A stretch of 62,879 nucleotides of DNA, counting the filler, from Stramenopiles sp. TOSAG23-2 (lineage: Eukaryota): assembly GCA_900128395.1 (NCBI GenBank). It is 8 parts of 8 records of this genome, joined end to end, with 100 filler letters (N's around TTAATTAATTAA, not from the genome) between each part and the next. Parts side by side here need not be neighbours in the genome. Positions count along the whole stretch, not along the records: positions 39,416 to 47,184 come from LT650278.1; positions 47,285 to 55,051 come from LT650279.1; 6 more parts are not named here. One strand, given 5' to 3'. Each line of letters opens with the position of its first letter. The stretch's first letter is position 1. The position numbers and the translations under genes were made by a program. Shown here piece after piece: positions 42,590-53,270 of the stretch. The notes under the pieces were generated by a model. The model did not search any database, was not told the DNA's origin, and saw only the letters and a list, made by a program, of their open reading frames with translations.

Positions 42590-45163
42590 ATGGACCAATT
42601 TGATATTGTGAAACGCATAGGGAGTGGTTCATTTGGCGTTGCATTGTTGGTGAAGAAAAAAAATGAGGATCCATCATCATCACAATATGTTATTAAACAA
42701 ATTAATTTAACTGGTATGTCAGCAAAAGAAATCAAAGAGGCAGAACATGAAGTGTCAGTATTGCAAACGTTATCGGGTGGTAATAGTTTTATAATTGGAT
42801 ATCATGAAGCATTTACGGAAACGAAAAAGTTGCATATAGTATTAGATTATGCAGATGGTGGAGATTTATCAGATTACATAGCAAAAACAAAACGAAATAA
42901 AAATATTATTTCTGAAAAACTTGTATTAAAATGGTTTATCCAATTATGCTCTGCGTTAAAATATATTCACGGGCGTAAAATATTGCATCGCGATTTGAAG
43001 ACTCAAAATATTTTCTTAGCATCTATTCCTAATGAGAAACATTATAGCATTAAATTAGGTGATTTTGGAATTGCGAAAGTGTTGCAATCAACATCAGAAT
43101 GCGCAAATACGATCATAGGCACACCATATTATTTATCACCGGAACTTTGTGAAGATCGACCGTATAATGAAAAAAGTGATGTATGGGCACTTGGTTGTGT
43201 TTTATATGAAATGTGTACTTTAAACCATGCATTTGATGGAAGAAGTATGTGTGCATTAGTTTTAAAAATTCTAAAAGGAAAATATCCACCAATTAAGATT
43301 GGTGGGGCTAGAGGATATTCAAAAGGTTGTGCTGTATTGATTGAAAATATGTTACAATACGATGCTGATAAACGTCCCTCGGTACATAGAATGTTAGAAT
43401 CGAAATTTTTACAATCTTACATACATCAATATGAAAAAAAAGAACGCATAAATGTCCATACATGTATTCGTACAGCATCTGATAGAAATATGAATGGGAT
43501 GCGAACTCGGGAAAGGCAATTGCAGAAAGAATCGAGAGAAAAAGCAATTAAAGCATTATCGCCGAATATACATAAAATAAGAAAACATCAACGACAATTG
43601 AGTTTTGAATTCGAACAAAATAGAAAAGCGAGAAGGGGTAGAATTGATAATAGAAACCAAGGTTGGATTAGTAATAATAATAATAATAATATTCGGCGGG
43701 GATCTGCTCAAAACAATGCCGCTTCAAACAATCCTTATTATGATGGTGCAACAATTGTCAATCATAGATTAGGATATGGTCAAAACAATCGAAGGCGTAG
43801 AAATGTTGGGCAACGACGACAAGAGCATGGCCAACATGCTTCTACAAAGGCAAGAAACGATCTAATTGAATATGAAAGATCTAGACAAGCTAGAGCCCTT
43901 GCGTCTAAAATACGTGCAAACCATAAAAAACCAATTAATTCACACCAAAGCCAACGCCAAAGTCGTTTAGAAACTGAAAGTATTATCGCACGTCAAGTAT
44001 ATGAAAATGAAATGCGATTAAAAGATGAAAAAAAAAAGTTAAAAAGTCAATATAAATCAAAAAGAAAAACATCTCAAGAAATGGCAAAGTTACATGAAAA
44101 ACAATTAAAACATCAAATTAAAAATGTAAAGCCAAAAATAAATATAAAAGAATTGCGAGAAAAGGCTAGATTGTCTAGGGAGGAAGGCAATGAAGATGAT
44201 AATTGGAAATTTGATGGATGTGTCGTGCCATTGAATTACAAAAATTTAACACCGCGTAATGAAGAAGAATTCGTTTCAGAATTTCATGAGAGACATGATG
44301 ATGCTAACATACCAGTAAATAATAATAATAATAACCATAACGAGGATGAAGAAGAAGAGGATGGAAGTTTAGAACAAAGCATACGCTTAAAATTAGATGA
44401 TGAATTTTACAGAAATGTTATGAATAGTAGAGAAGAGAATGGGGAAGAAAATGAGATGGAAACTACGTTTTTACGATCATCAACAAATGGTGGTATGCCA
44501 TGGGAAGATAATACATCTTTAACCCATTTTGGTGATGATGAACGATATTTAAGTGACTTAGCAGAAGCGCACGATTTTACATTGACAATGCAACAATCTG
44601 ATGAATTTAGCAAAAAGTTGAAGGTGTGCGATGATATAGAAGCTTTAAAAGTATCTACTGCTGAGGAGGAAAATGATAGTAGTATTAGTGATGTAGATTC
44701 ATTTGCTGCAGAGGAAGTGTCTAGTTTGTTCTCGTCTGGTGAATTTTCTGATTTAAAGAGTCCATCACCACGTGAAAAAAGAAGATATAAAAGTTCGAAA
44801 GTTGAAAAATTGCGAGTAGAATGTGAAAACAAACTTGGTGATACATTGTTCATAAAAGCATATCGTTTCATTGCTAAATCGATGGAAACTTTTGGCATGG
44901 ATGATGATTTTAAAATGGAGGAAGAATTTTATATATTAGTCTCCAATACTGATTTAGATGAAGATGAGAAATCGGTGATGTTGGCAAAAATCCAATTATT
45001 ATTATTATTGGAGGAAAAATTAAATGAACAGATCAATCATCAATCTACTAATTTAGTGGAAAAAGGCAGCAGGAGGGAAACAAATAATAACATGGCGAAG
45101 AAAAAAACAGAAAATAATAATAATCGTGCTGGTGGTGTTGTTACGTATACATTGAATTTGTAA
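42590..45163 (+). CDS. NIMA-related (NEK1-like) Ser/Thr protein kinase
   Basis: IGSGSFG, YVIKQI, HRDLKTQNIFL, DFG, GTPYYLSPELC..PYN.KSD.WALGC. C-terminal VEKLRVECE.KLG..LF.KAY as in NEK1-type tails. Confidence 0.93.
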   Translation: MDQFDIVKRIGSGSFGVALLVKKKNEDPSSSQYVIKQINLTGMSAKEIKEAEHEVSVLQTLSGGNSFIIGYHEAFTETKKLHIVLDYADGGDLSDYIAKTKRNKNIISEKLVLKWFIQLCSALKYIHGRKILHRDLKTQNIFLASIPNEKHYSIKLGDFGIAKVLQSTSECANTIIGTPYYLSPELCEDRPYNEKSDVWALGCVLYEMCTLNHAFDGRSMCALVLKILKGKYPPIKIGGARGYSKGCAVLIENMLQYDADKRPSVHRMLESKFLQSYIHQYEKKERINVHTCIRTASDRNMNGMRTRERQLQKESREKAIKALSPNIHKIRKHQRQLSFEFEQNRKARRGRIDNRNQGWISNNNNNNIRRGSAQNNAASNNPYYDGATIVNHRLGYGQNNRRRRNVGQRRQEHGQHASTKARNDLIEYERSRQARALASKIRANHKKPINSHQSQRQSRLETESIIARQVYENEMRLKDEKKKLKSQYKSKRKTSQEMAKLHEKQLKHQIKNVKPKINIKELREKARLSREEGNEDDNWKFDGCVVPLNYKNLTPRNEEEFVSEFHERHDDANIPVNNNNNNHNEDEEEEDGSLEQSIRLKLDDEFYRNVMNSREENGEENEMETTFLRSSTNGGMPWEDNTSLTHFGDDERYLSDLAEAHDFTLTMQQSDEFSKKLKVCDDIEALKVSTAEEENDSSISDVDSFAAEEVSSLFSSGEFSDLKSPSPREKRRYKSSKVEKLRVECENKLGDTLFIKAYRFIAKSMETFGMDDDFKMEEEFYILVSNTDLDEDEKSVMLAKIQLLLLLEEKLNEQINHQSTNLVEKGSRRETNNNMAKKKTENNNNRAGGVVTYTLNL

Positions 45164-45282
45164 TAAAAGACGCATTCATAATATTATATAATTAAAATAT
45201 ATGTGCATATAATTTTTACACTTTGTACACATATTTAATATTTAATATGGTCATACGTGTTAATGTGTTTACATATTTTTTT

Positions 45283-45381
45283 NNNNNNNNNNNNNNNNNN
45301 NNNNNNNNNNNNNNNNNNNNNNNNNNNNNNNNNNNNNNNNNNNNNNNNNNNNNNNNNNNNNNNNNNNNNNNNNNNNNNNNN
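45283..45381. other. Internal scaffold gap (99 N, no linker) flanked by poly-T
   Basis: N-run without TTAATTAATTAA, lying between two T homopolymers. Confidence 0.9.
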
Positions 45382-45408
45382 TTTTTTTTTTCACTTTTCT
45401 CTCTCTCT

Positions 45409-47184
45409 CTAGGACAAAGTAAAACCGTCTCCATTTTTACCCTTCATTTGCAATATTGTATCTGCCCATGCATATGATGAATTACGATGGGCTATTACTA
45501 ATACTGTACGCGATTGGCTAACTCTTTCCAGTGTTTCAACTACTATTTTTTCACTAGCTGGATCTAAGGCACTCGTTGCTTCATCTAATATTAATATGGA
45601 AGGATTATTTACAACGGCTCTAGCTATTGCAATACGTTGTTTTTGACCACCACTTAATGTTGTATTTTGTATTTGAGTATCGTATCCATTTGGTAAATTG
45701 CAAATAAAATCATGCGCATTTGCTTCTTTAGCCGCGTTCATGATGTCTTTATCTGTTATATTATTATCTGTTGCACCATATTTGATATTGTCTTTAATAG
45801 ACATAGCAAACAATGTAGGTTCTTGATTAACAATACCAATAGATAAACGCAATGCGTTTAAATTCAATGTATTGATATTTGTGCCATTATAAAATATATT
45901 ACCACTGTCTACCTTGTAAATACCACACATCAACATAGCAATAGTACTTTTACCAGCACCAGATGTACCAATTATTGCTAGAACTTTACCTTTCTTAATG
46001 GTAAATGAAACATCTTTTAAAATTGGTACATCTTGCCTATTTGGATATGCAAAAGAAACATTGCGAAATTCAATTGGCCCACATATACTAGAAGTATCAA
46101 TATCATCCGTATAATTAGTAGTCGTATCATCTAATAATGCTGATGTATTTGCATCATCATTGCTTTGTGGTAGTGATAGTAAACGGAAAATTCCATCACT
46201 CATACCCATCGATTGTTTCATCGATGAATAAATAGATGCTAAATTTGCACTACCAGCACCAACAAGTCCACTGTAAATCGCAAACGACGTTAAGCTACCG
46301 ACAGATAATTCTCCCGTACTTAATAAATTTCCACCCATATACATGACACCAAGTAAGCTAGCATTAATTGCAAATGCTAAACCACCCATGAATGTTCCAT
46401 CAGCAATTGCATTTTCTTTTGTTTGTGCCATTGTAGCTTCCATTGCTTTTTCATATGTTTCGATCTCATATTTATCACGGCCAGCAAGTCGTACGGTTTT
46501 GATATTTGCTATGCGTTCTTGTATACGCGTATTTGCTTGGTTTACATCGGCTTTTAATTTTTTCGCTAAACGTTTTGCTTTTCTAGAAAATAGCATTGCT
46601 ACTGCACCTACAAATGGCACAACTGATACAGTTGCTAAAGTTAATTTTGGGGAAATGTACAATAACATTATTGTACCACCAATTGTGCTATTCAAACCAC
46701 GTAAAAATTTTGCACTTTTATCAGTTACAACTTCAGCTAATTTTTCAACATCATTTGATAAATGTATAATCGTTTCTGCACTGACATTTTTCTGTGTATC
46801 GAAATATGTCATATCTTTGGAAATGACATTTCTCACAATACGTTGTCTTAACCTATTGGCTATCGTCGTTTTTACTATATTAAGAAAATACACTCGAAAA
46901 AAAGATGCGGCAGCACCACATACAAAAAAACCAACGCAGCCTGTTAAAAACGTATGAAATTCCATGCGCCGAGCAGTTCTAGAATTCAATACACCACCAC
47001 TAGCAGCTGCTCTATCTACAACTTCTTGCAAAATACGTGGTACTGTTAAATTTGTTATCGAACTTCCAACTAACGCTGTAAAGGCTAGCCATAAGTTTAC
47101 TCGATCTGTTTGCGTCGCATCATTGTATACCCAACGCCATAATGTTGAAAAAGATGAAGATGAACTAGTTCTTTTCGTAACATT
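45409..47184 (-). CDS. Half-size ABC transporter subfamily B (ABCB10/MDL1-like), 5' truncated by contig end
   Basis: TM domain followed by an NBD with FAYPNR, GTSGAGKST, VNQEP.LF, LSGGQKQRIAIARA, ILDEATSALD, IAHR. The frame stays open upstream of 47031 (LWLAFTALVGSSITNLTVPRI) to the gap. Confidence 0.92.
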   Translation of the reverse strand, partial: NVTKRTSSSSSFSTLWRWVYNDATQTDRVNLWLAFTALVGSSITNLTVPRILQEVVDRAAASGGVLNSRTARRMEFHTFLTGCVGFFVCGAAASFFRVYFLNIVKTTIANRLRQRIVRNVISKDMTYFDTQKNVSAETIIHLSNDVEKLAEVVTDKSAKFLRGLNSTIGGTIMLLYISPKLTLATVSVVPFVGAVAMLFSRKAKRLAKKLKADVNQANTRIQERIANIKTVRLAGRDKYEIETYEKAMEATMAQTKENAIADGTFMGGLAFAINASLLGVMYMGGNLLSTGELSVGSLTSFAIYSGLVGAGSANLASIYSSMKQSMGMSDGIFRLLSLPQSNDDANTSALLDDTTTNYTDDIDTSSICGPIEFRNVSFAYPNRQDVPILKDVSFTIKKGKVLAIIGTSGAGKSTIAMLMCGIYKVDSGNIFYNGTNINTLNLNALRLSIGIVNQEPTLFAMSIKDNIKYGATDNNITDKDIMNAAKEANAHDFICNLPNGYDTQIQNTTLSGGQKQRIAIARAVVNNPSILILDEATSALDPASEKIVVETLERVSQSRTVLVIAHRNSSYAWADTILQMKGKNGDGFTLS

Positions 47185-47284
47185 NNNNNNNNNNNNNNNN
47201 NNNNNNNNNNNNNNNNNNNNNNNNNNNNTTAATTAATTAANNNNNNNNNNNNNNNNNNNNNNNNNNNNNNNNNNNNNNNNNNNN

Positions 47285-50200
47285 ACAAATCTCATTCCTA
47301 TAACAAAATCACAGTCTTCAAATGTCAGCTGATCACCATTTAAATACTTTTTGGATTGCTTTAAACGTTCTTCAAATGGTTCAAACATTTTTAAAACATC
47401 GCCTAATAAGGGTGTTTTCGATGCACCAAAAGGACTAAACAATGCAAATTTATTCAGTGCTTTGTATTCACTTTTAATATTCTTTAAATCAAACATATCA
47501 ATATTTTCAATATTTGGAAAACGCCGAGTCAGTTCTTGAGCAACATTTTCCGTTTCAAATATCCATTTTCCACTACTGTATAAAAATGGTGTAGTAGGCT
47601 TTTCCCCATCTTCTCGCAACGGTTTGTGCCAGCTTTCTTTAGCTTTTCCAAATAAATTAACTGCAATTAATTTATATGGAATTTTACAATGGTACATTAC
47701 CATCTCAACTGTCGCTGAGTATGGGCAAACTTTTAGCAAACGGCCATTTGAATTGTAACAGCAGCCAACACCTAAGACTAATGTTTCTTCATCTAAATTT
47801 GGTATATCTTCGATAGTGACAAACTCAGGACATGGAAGCCTACGATGTTGCTCTAATACAGGCAATTGCATACCAAATCGCCAAGCAACAAAGTCTATAA
47901 CTTCTATTCCTAGTTCAATTTCAACGTCTAAAATTCTTTCCTCACTTTTTCGAACACAGTAGCTACCTCTAGATTGTTGAAAAGCAGGAGAGCGTTTCAC
48001 TCTATCAAAATATTTCCCCAAAGTATCTTCATACTCTTGTATTATATCATGATTTTTGGACACCATAACAACATTATAACCATTCAAAAATTGGTGCACA
48101 AAGTGACAATCTGATAATGACAATGTTGGTCCACAAAGGAATCCCCAATTCAACTCTAGTTGTTTTATAAATGGTTCTAAATCTTCTTTTACTTTTATCC
48201 ACGCCTTTTCCTCCTTTTCAGACCCTTTCTCGGTTTTAGCATAGCCTATCATCCCCATTAAATTAATCCGTTTATCAAATTTTTCGGTCAATAATGTAAA
48301 TGGTTTTGTCATCTGTACATCATCTTTATACTTTATACGTAATTTTTCAAGTATAACTTCCGTATCAAAAACCCATTCATCATCGATTCGCATACATGGC
48401 GTTGTTGGCTTTCCATCCTTGTGAATATCTACAAACCAATCCTCCTTCTTCTTAGCAGTAAAATCTACACAAACAACTTTGTACGGCAATTTCATACCCT
48501 TGATTACCATTTCAATCGTAGAACTGTACGGACAAATTTTTACAAGCTCTCCTGATGATATATAAATACCACCTGTGACTAAAACCAAATGATCTCTCTC
48601 GTATTTTGGAACATCTTTTACAGAGATTATGCTTCCCCATGTGCTAGATGGATGGTCAAATTGTTTAGTAGATGAAATAGACTCGTTGGTAAAGGACATT
48701 ACTCTATCGTAATTTGCCATTTGTAACCCCCATCGATTTATGGCATAATGCAAAAACATCTTTCCAAACTCATATTCAACAAGTTCTACATCAAGTTCCG
48801 TATGTCGTATTTCCCATGCACCCTGTGGAGCGTAGTGTATGAATGAGTGATGTTGATGCGTTAGAGAGGATATACCTTTTTTAAGTTTAGGGGAATAAAA
48901 TTTTACTTACTCTTACGAATTTCCAACTATCACGCATTTTCAATCGTTTTAAATATGAACTTAGCTCTGGAACAGATTCCATCATATCAGTTCCTTTTAA
49001 TACTTTTACAAATACTCCAATACTACACATCTGTTGTGAGAAAAAACAATCACTATAAGAAAGGCTATCGCCACCTAAATATTTATTTGTCTTCAATCGA
49101 TCAACGTATGGTTGTAACAATGCCATCAAATTTGCACGTGTTGTCTTTTCTTCTTCTGAATTATCTTCGCTTCCCGCATATTTAGCTACTGTCATAGCAG
49201 AAAATTTATCATAACCGTCTGTATATGATAAAATTTTATCATTAAATGTATTTTTTTGCAATCGTTTTAATTCATTAATAATATTAATTGTATCAAATAT
49301 CCATTTGCCATCACTATACAAACATGGGACAGCTGGTTTACTTTCTGGATGAACCTTTTTAAACCATTCTGGTTTATTATCCCCACAAAACATATCTGTG
49401 CGTATAATCTGATATGGTATTTCAGCTTCAATCATTGCAAATTCTAAGGCACAACAATACGGACACATGCGCATGTACTCTCCACTACTTCTTAAAGTAA
49501 CACCACCAGCAACAAGTACAACTGTTCCTGGAGGTAAATTTCCTGCAATAACATTTTCATACGTTGTAATTTCTTTATGCTTTAAATTAACAGCTTTCAC
49601 GGCTTTATCATAATTAGCCATAGGTAATTTCCACCTGTTTCTTCCATATGTACAAAATTGTTTTCCAAACTCATATTCAACAAGTTCTACATCAAGTTCC
49701 GTATGTCGTATTTCCCATGCACCCTGTGGAGCGTAGTGTATGAATGAGTGATGTTGATGCGTTAGAGAGGATATACCTTTTTTAAGTTTAGGGGAATAAA
49801 ATTTTACTTACTCTTACGAATTTCCAACTATCACGCATTTTCAATCGTTTTAAATATGAACTTAGCTCTGGAACAGATTCCATCATATCAGTTCCTTTTA
49901 ATACTTTTACAAATACTCCAATACTACACATCTGTTGTGAGAAAAAACAATCACTATAAGAAAGGCTATCGCCACCTAAATATTTATTTGTCTTCAATCG
50001 ATCAACGTATGGTTGTAACAATGCCATCAAATTTGCACGTGTTGTCTTTTCTTCTTCTGAATTATCTTCGCTTCCCGCATATTTAGCTACTGTCATAGCA
50101 GAAAATTTATCATAACCGTCTGTATATGATAAAATTTTATCATTAAATGTATTTTTTTGCAATCGTTTTAATTCATTAATAATATTAATTGTATCAAATA

Positions 50201-50528
50201 TCCATTTGCCATCACTATACAAACATGGGACAGCTGGTTTACTTTCTGGATGAACCTTTTTAAACCATTCTGGTTTATTATCCCCACAAAACATATCTGT
50301 GCGTATAATCTGATATGGTATTTCAGCTTCAATCATTGCAAATTCTAAGGCACAACAATACGGACACATGCGCATGTACTCTCCACTACTTCTTAAAGTA
50401 ACACCACCAGCAACAAGTACAACTGTTCCTGGAGGTAAATTTCCTGCAATAACATTTTCATACGTTGTAATTTCTTTATGTTTTAATGTTTTCAATTTAT
50501 TTACTTTCTTTACAACTTTCTTCTTCAT
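47285..50528 (-). CDS. Tandem array of at least 4 glutathione-S-transferase-fold domains (DHAR/CLIC/omega-like, CPY active site); introns 49724..49811 and 48823..48910; 3' truncated
   Basis: Units with MCPYCC, MCPYCC, ICPYSS and VCPYSA, then KP.WF..P...P.P.L..DG.W..DT and YL.G..LS.SDC.F. Two 88-nt GTAAGT..CTAAC..CAG introns splice in phase 0 (SWKFVR|GAWEIR), joining ORFs 49788..50528, 48887..49621 and 47233..48759. Confidence 0.85.
48761..50480. repeat. 819-bp direct repeat (48761..49579 and 49662..50480), apparently identical including the intron
   Basis: Offset 901 bp, identical translations in the ORF track, and an 82-bp unique linker between the copies. Confidence 0.92.
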
Positions 50529-50552
50529 AATTACCTTCTTCTTCCTCCTTCG

Positions 50553-52136
50553 TTATTCACGAAGAGGTTTATTTCGTTTTGGTTGTAATATTTTTTTCAC
50601 AATTCGCTTCTTTACTTTATTATTATTTCTCTTTGTAAAACCACTTTGCATCTTCGGCGGCGATGGAACTACAATATCATTCGCCTCTGTAATTTCAACA
50701 ATGGTTTCTTCACGTATTGTTTCAGGTTGATATTGCTTTTTTGTAATAGTGTTATTATTTTCAAGATATGCTTTGTCGATATCATTATTGTATTTTTGTT
50801 GCTGGGACATGGTAATATCTTCTTTGACTACGTATTTACTATTACCTGATCGCTCCTGTCTATAAGCAAGTTCTTCCTTCGATGATTGAAAATATTCCTT
50901 TTGTTGATGTTGTTGTTGTTGATACATATGTGGCACTTTATAATTTTGGACGTTATCATAATTTGAATGATATTGTTGATTCTTGAAATTATTATTATTA
51001 TCATCATCATTTTTTCCATTTCCAAGAGTTGACATAGATTGAATATTTTTATAAAATGATGGGCGCTGCTGGGATCCCGATTCAGATGGATAGAAAGTGT
51101 CTGTGCGTCTAATCTCATCGCTATTTACATAATCTTTTGTGGCATTGTTGTTATTATTGCTATTGAAAGAAGGACCTGGTTTAAATGATTTTTCTGATTT
51201 TTTTTTAGGAATCTTCAATGGAACAGTTTCATTGAAACGTGTTGCATCTGAAATTGGATTAGTACCATCTTTCCGTGCAGCTGCACTCGATTTCACAGTT
51301 ATATCGTCAAATCTCATATTATAACCTACATCTTTGCCTAAATTGTAATGTGTCATGGCACGCACAGCGCGTTGGACAATTGGATCCCACACTACTATTG
51401 AAACAAACAAGCTACCTTTCATTCGTTTTAAGTTTTGATTTGCAAAAGGTGAATCCTTATCTATTATATGGGAGATTGAAATAGGAGATTTGATGCATTG
51501 AAATGCTGTTAATTTGACATCAAACAGCTCACCATATATTTCCCCTTCTTTTGATTTCGTTGGTTTTGCCCATTGAGCTGTCAAGTTTTCAACGTCTAAT
51601 AGTGTGCCTTGTGCATTCATTACTCGAAATTGCAAAATAGGTATTCCATCCCTAAAATTAATAACAAGTGACGGGGTAAAAAACAACTTTGGCGAGACAC
51701 TTTCAAATTTTGCAACCATAATGGCTAACGCGATAGATTTAAAGATAACATTTAACAGTGCTGAAGTAGCATATAAAGTACGACAAATTGTCGTTGGTTT
51801 TATATTTTCAAACGACCCAGCGCCTACAATTTCAGCAAACGTTCTCATCATTTGTTGGTCAAACGTAACATCGTTACCACAGTCTGAACCTACATACAAA
51901 GCAGATAATGTAATAATAACAATACTGGTCACAACAGTCACAAGAGGTATTAAATACTTTAATTTCATTGTTTGAGCCTTCGTAACAATATCATAAAATA
52001 AATTTTTCGGCGGAGGCTCAATATAATGCATTCTTAATAAATTAGAATCCTTCATAATTTTGGCTTTTTCCATCACATTATGAAAATGTGGATGTTTATC
52101 TTTTGTACATAACGATTTCAAATATTTCATCGCCAT
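50553..52136 (-). CDS. Inward-rectifier (Kir/KirBac-type) cation channel with atypical filter
   Basis: Two TM helices flank the pore segment FAEIVGAG. The Kir cytoplasmic domain is recognisable: LFFT..LVI..RDG.P.LQFRV.N, SKEGE, ISHIIDKDSPF, RF.DI, D..RFNETVP. Confidence 0.88.
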   Translation of the reverse strand: MAMKYLKSLCTKDKHPHFHNVMEKAKIMKDSNLLRMHYIEPPPKNLFYDIVTKAQTMKLKYLIPLVTVVTSIVIITLSALYVGSDCGNDVTFDQQMMRTFAEIVGAGSFENIKPTTICRTLYATSALLNVIFKSIALAIMVAKFESVSPKLFFTPSLVINFRDGIPILQFRVMNAQGTLLDVENLTAQWAKPTKSKEGEIYGELFDVKLTAFQCIKSPISISHIIDKDSPFANQNLKRMKGSLFVSIVVWDPIVQRAVRAMTHYNLGKDVGYNMRFDDITVKSSAAARKDGTNPISDATRFNETVPLKIPKKKSEKSFKPGPSFNSNNNNNATKDYVNSDEIRRTDTFYPSESGSQQRPSFYKNIQSMSTLGNGKNDDDNNNNFKNQQYHSNYDNVQNYKVPHMYQQQQHQQKEYFQSSKEELAYRQERSGNSKYVVKEDITMSQQQKYNNDIDKAYLENNNTITKKQYQPETIREETIVEITEANDIVVPSPPKMQSGFTKRNNNKVKKRIVKKILQPKRNKPLRE

Positions 52137-53270
52137 AATTAATAATGTATTATTTATTTCACTTTGTATGATATTGATAAATATTATTTCGAAGCTTATA
52201 TCTTTTTTTTAATTCTTCTCTTTATACACTTGTTTTACTTGTAGGTATGTATAAAGCTATTATATATTATTATTATAGATGTATATATGTGCGTTAGTTT
52301 AAAAATTATTTATTAATATTTTAATAGCACAATATATAATGCACTAATGCAACTAATGTGCTAACCTGGCTAATAATAATAAATAATAATAATTATAAAA
52401 AAAAAAAAATAACGAGAAGTCGTCTGAGATCTGGGTGGGAGATGGGAGAGCGGTGTGCCAGGTGTGCTTCTTCTTCAGCTTTTAGAAGATATTAATCAAT
52501 TTTTAGTACCACTTTAAGTACAAATAATCACGCTATTCGATATTGTCAATAAAAATTACAGATTATCAGGTGCTATACCACCTGGTGGTATTATGTTGTA
52601 TTATATATAATACTGGTACAGTATTTCCCGTGCATCATCCTCTCTATCAATTGCATCTGTGTATGTCTTATGTGCATTTAATGCTAAGTCTGCTAACGAC
52701 ATGATGTTTTATATTTACTAGAAGTTGGTCGATGTTGGTTATAATATACATTGGGATGTATACATTGATGCAAAATGTATCCGTATTTGTTAATTGAAAT
52801 ATATATTTTAACAATATTATAATTTAAATTAACGTTTTTTTTATTATTATGATGCCGCATGCTATTTAAGGTATATTTAAGGACAGCCTTTCTATATATA
52901 TCTGGTACTACTGTAAACGAAGAATGGCACAATGGCATATTATATCTTGAGAGAGTAAAAAAAATATTCTTAACACAGACCGAATAGTCGTCCTATGCTT
53001 AAAAAGTCCGAGCAGCTAGTCGTCTATGATAATGTATATTTTTTTCTGAAAATTCGTTTTAATTTAATATAAAATCATAATGAAAAATATTTTTAAATTT
53101 TAAAAACGTCAATTTTCGTATGATACATATCATAAGCGCGTACGAATCTCCATATATATAATAACAAACACCCATATCACCAAGTAGATAGCTTTTCTAA
53201 AAGCGTATTTTTATGTTTTCATCATTTATGAGACATGTATACACAGTGGTGAAATCATTCCATACGATAC

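Noticed and set aside
45409-48759. ABC transporter next to the GST array as a detoxification cluster
   Set aside because: They are separated by an artificial spacer (47185..47284) and so lie on different contigs.
50553-50555. TAA reassigned to a sense codon genome-wide
   Set aside because: Conserved genes such as VPS4, CHMP1 and DnaJ end at TAA and long ORFs lack internal TAA, so the standard code applies.
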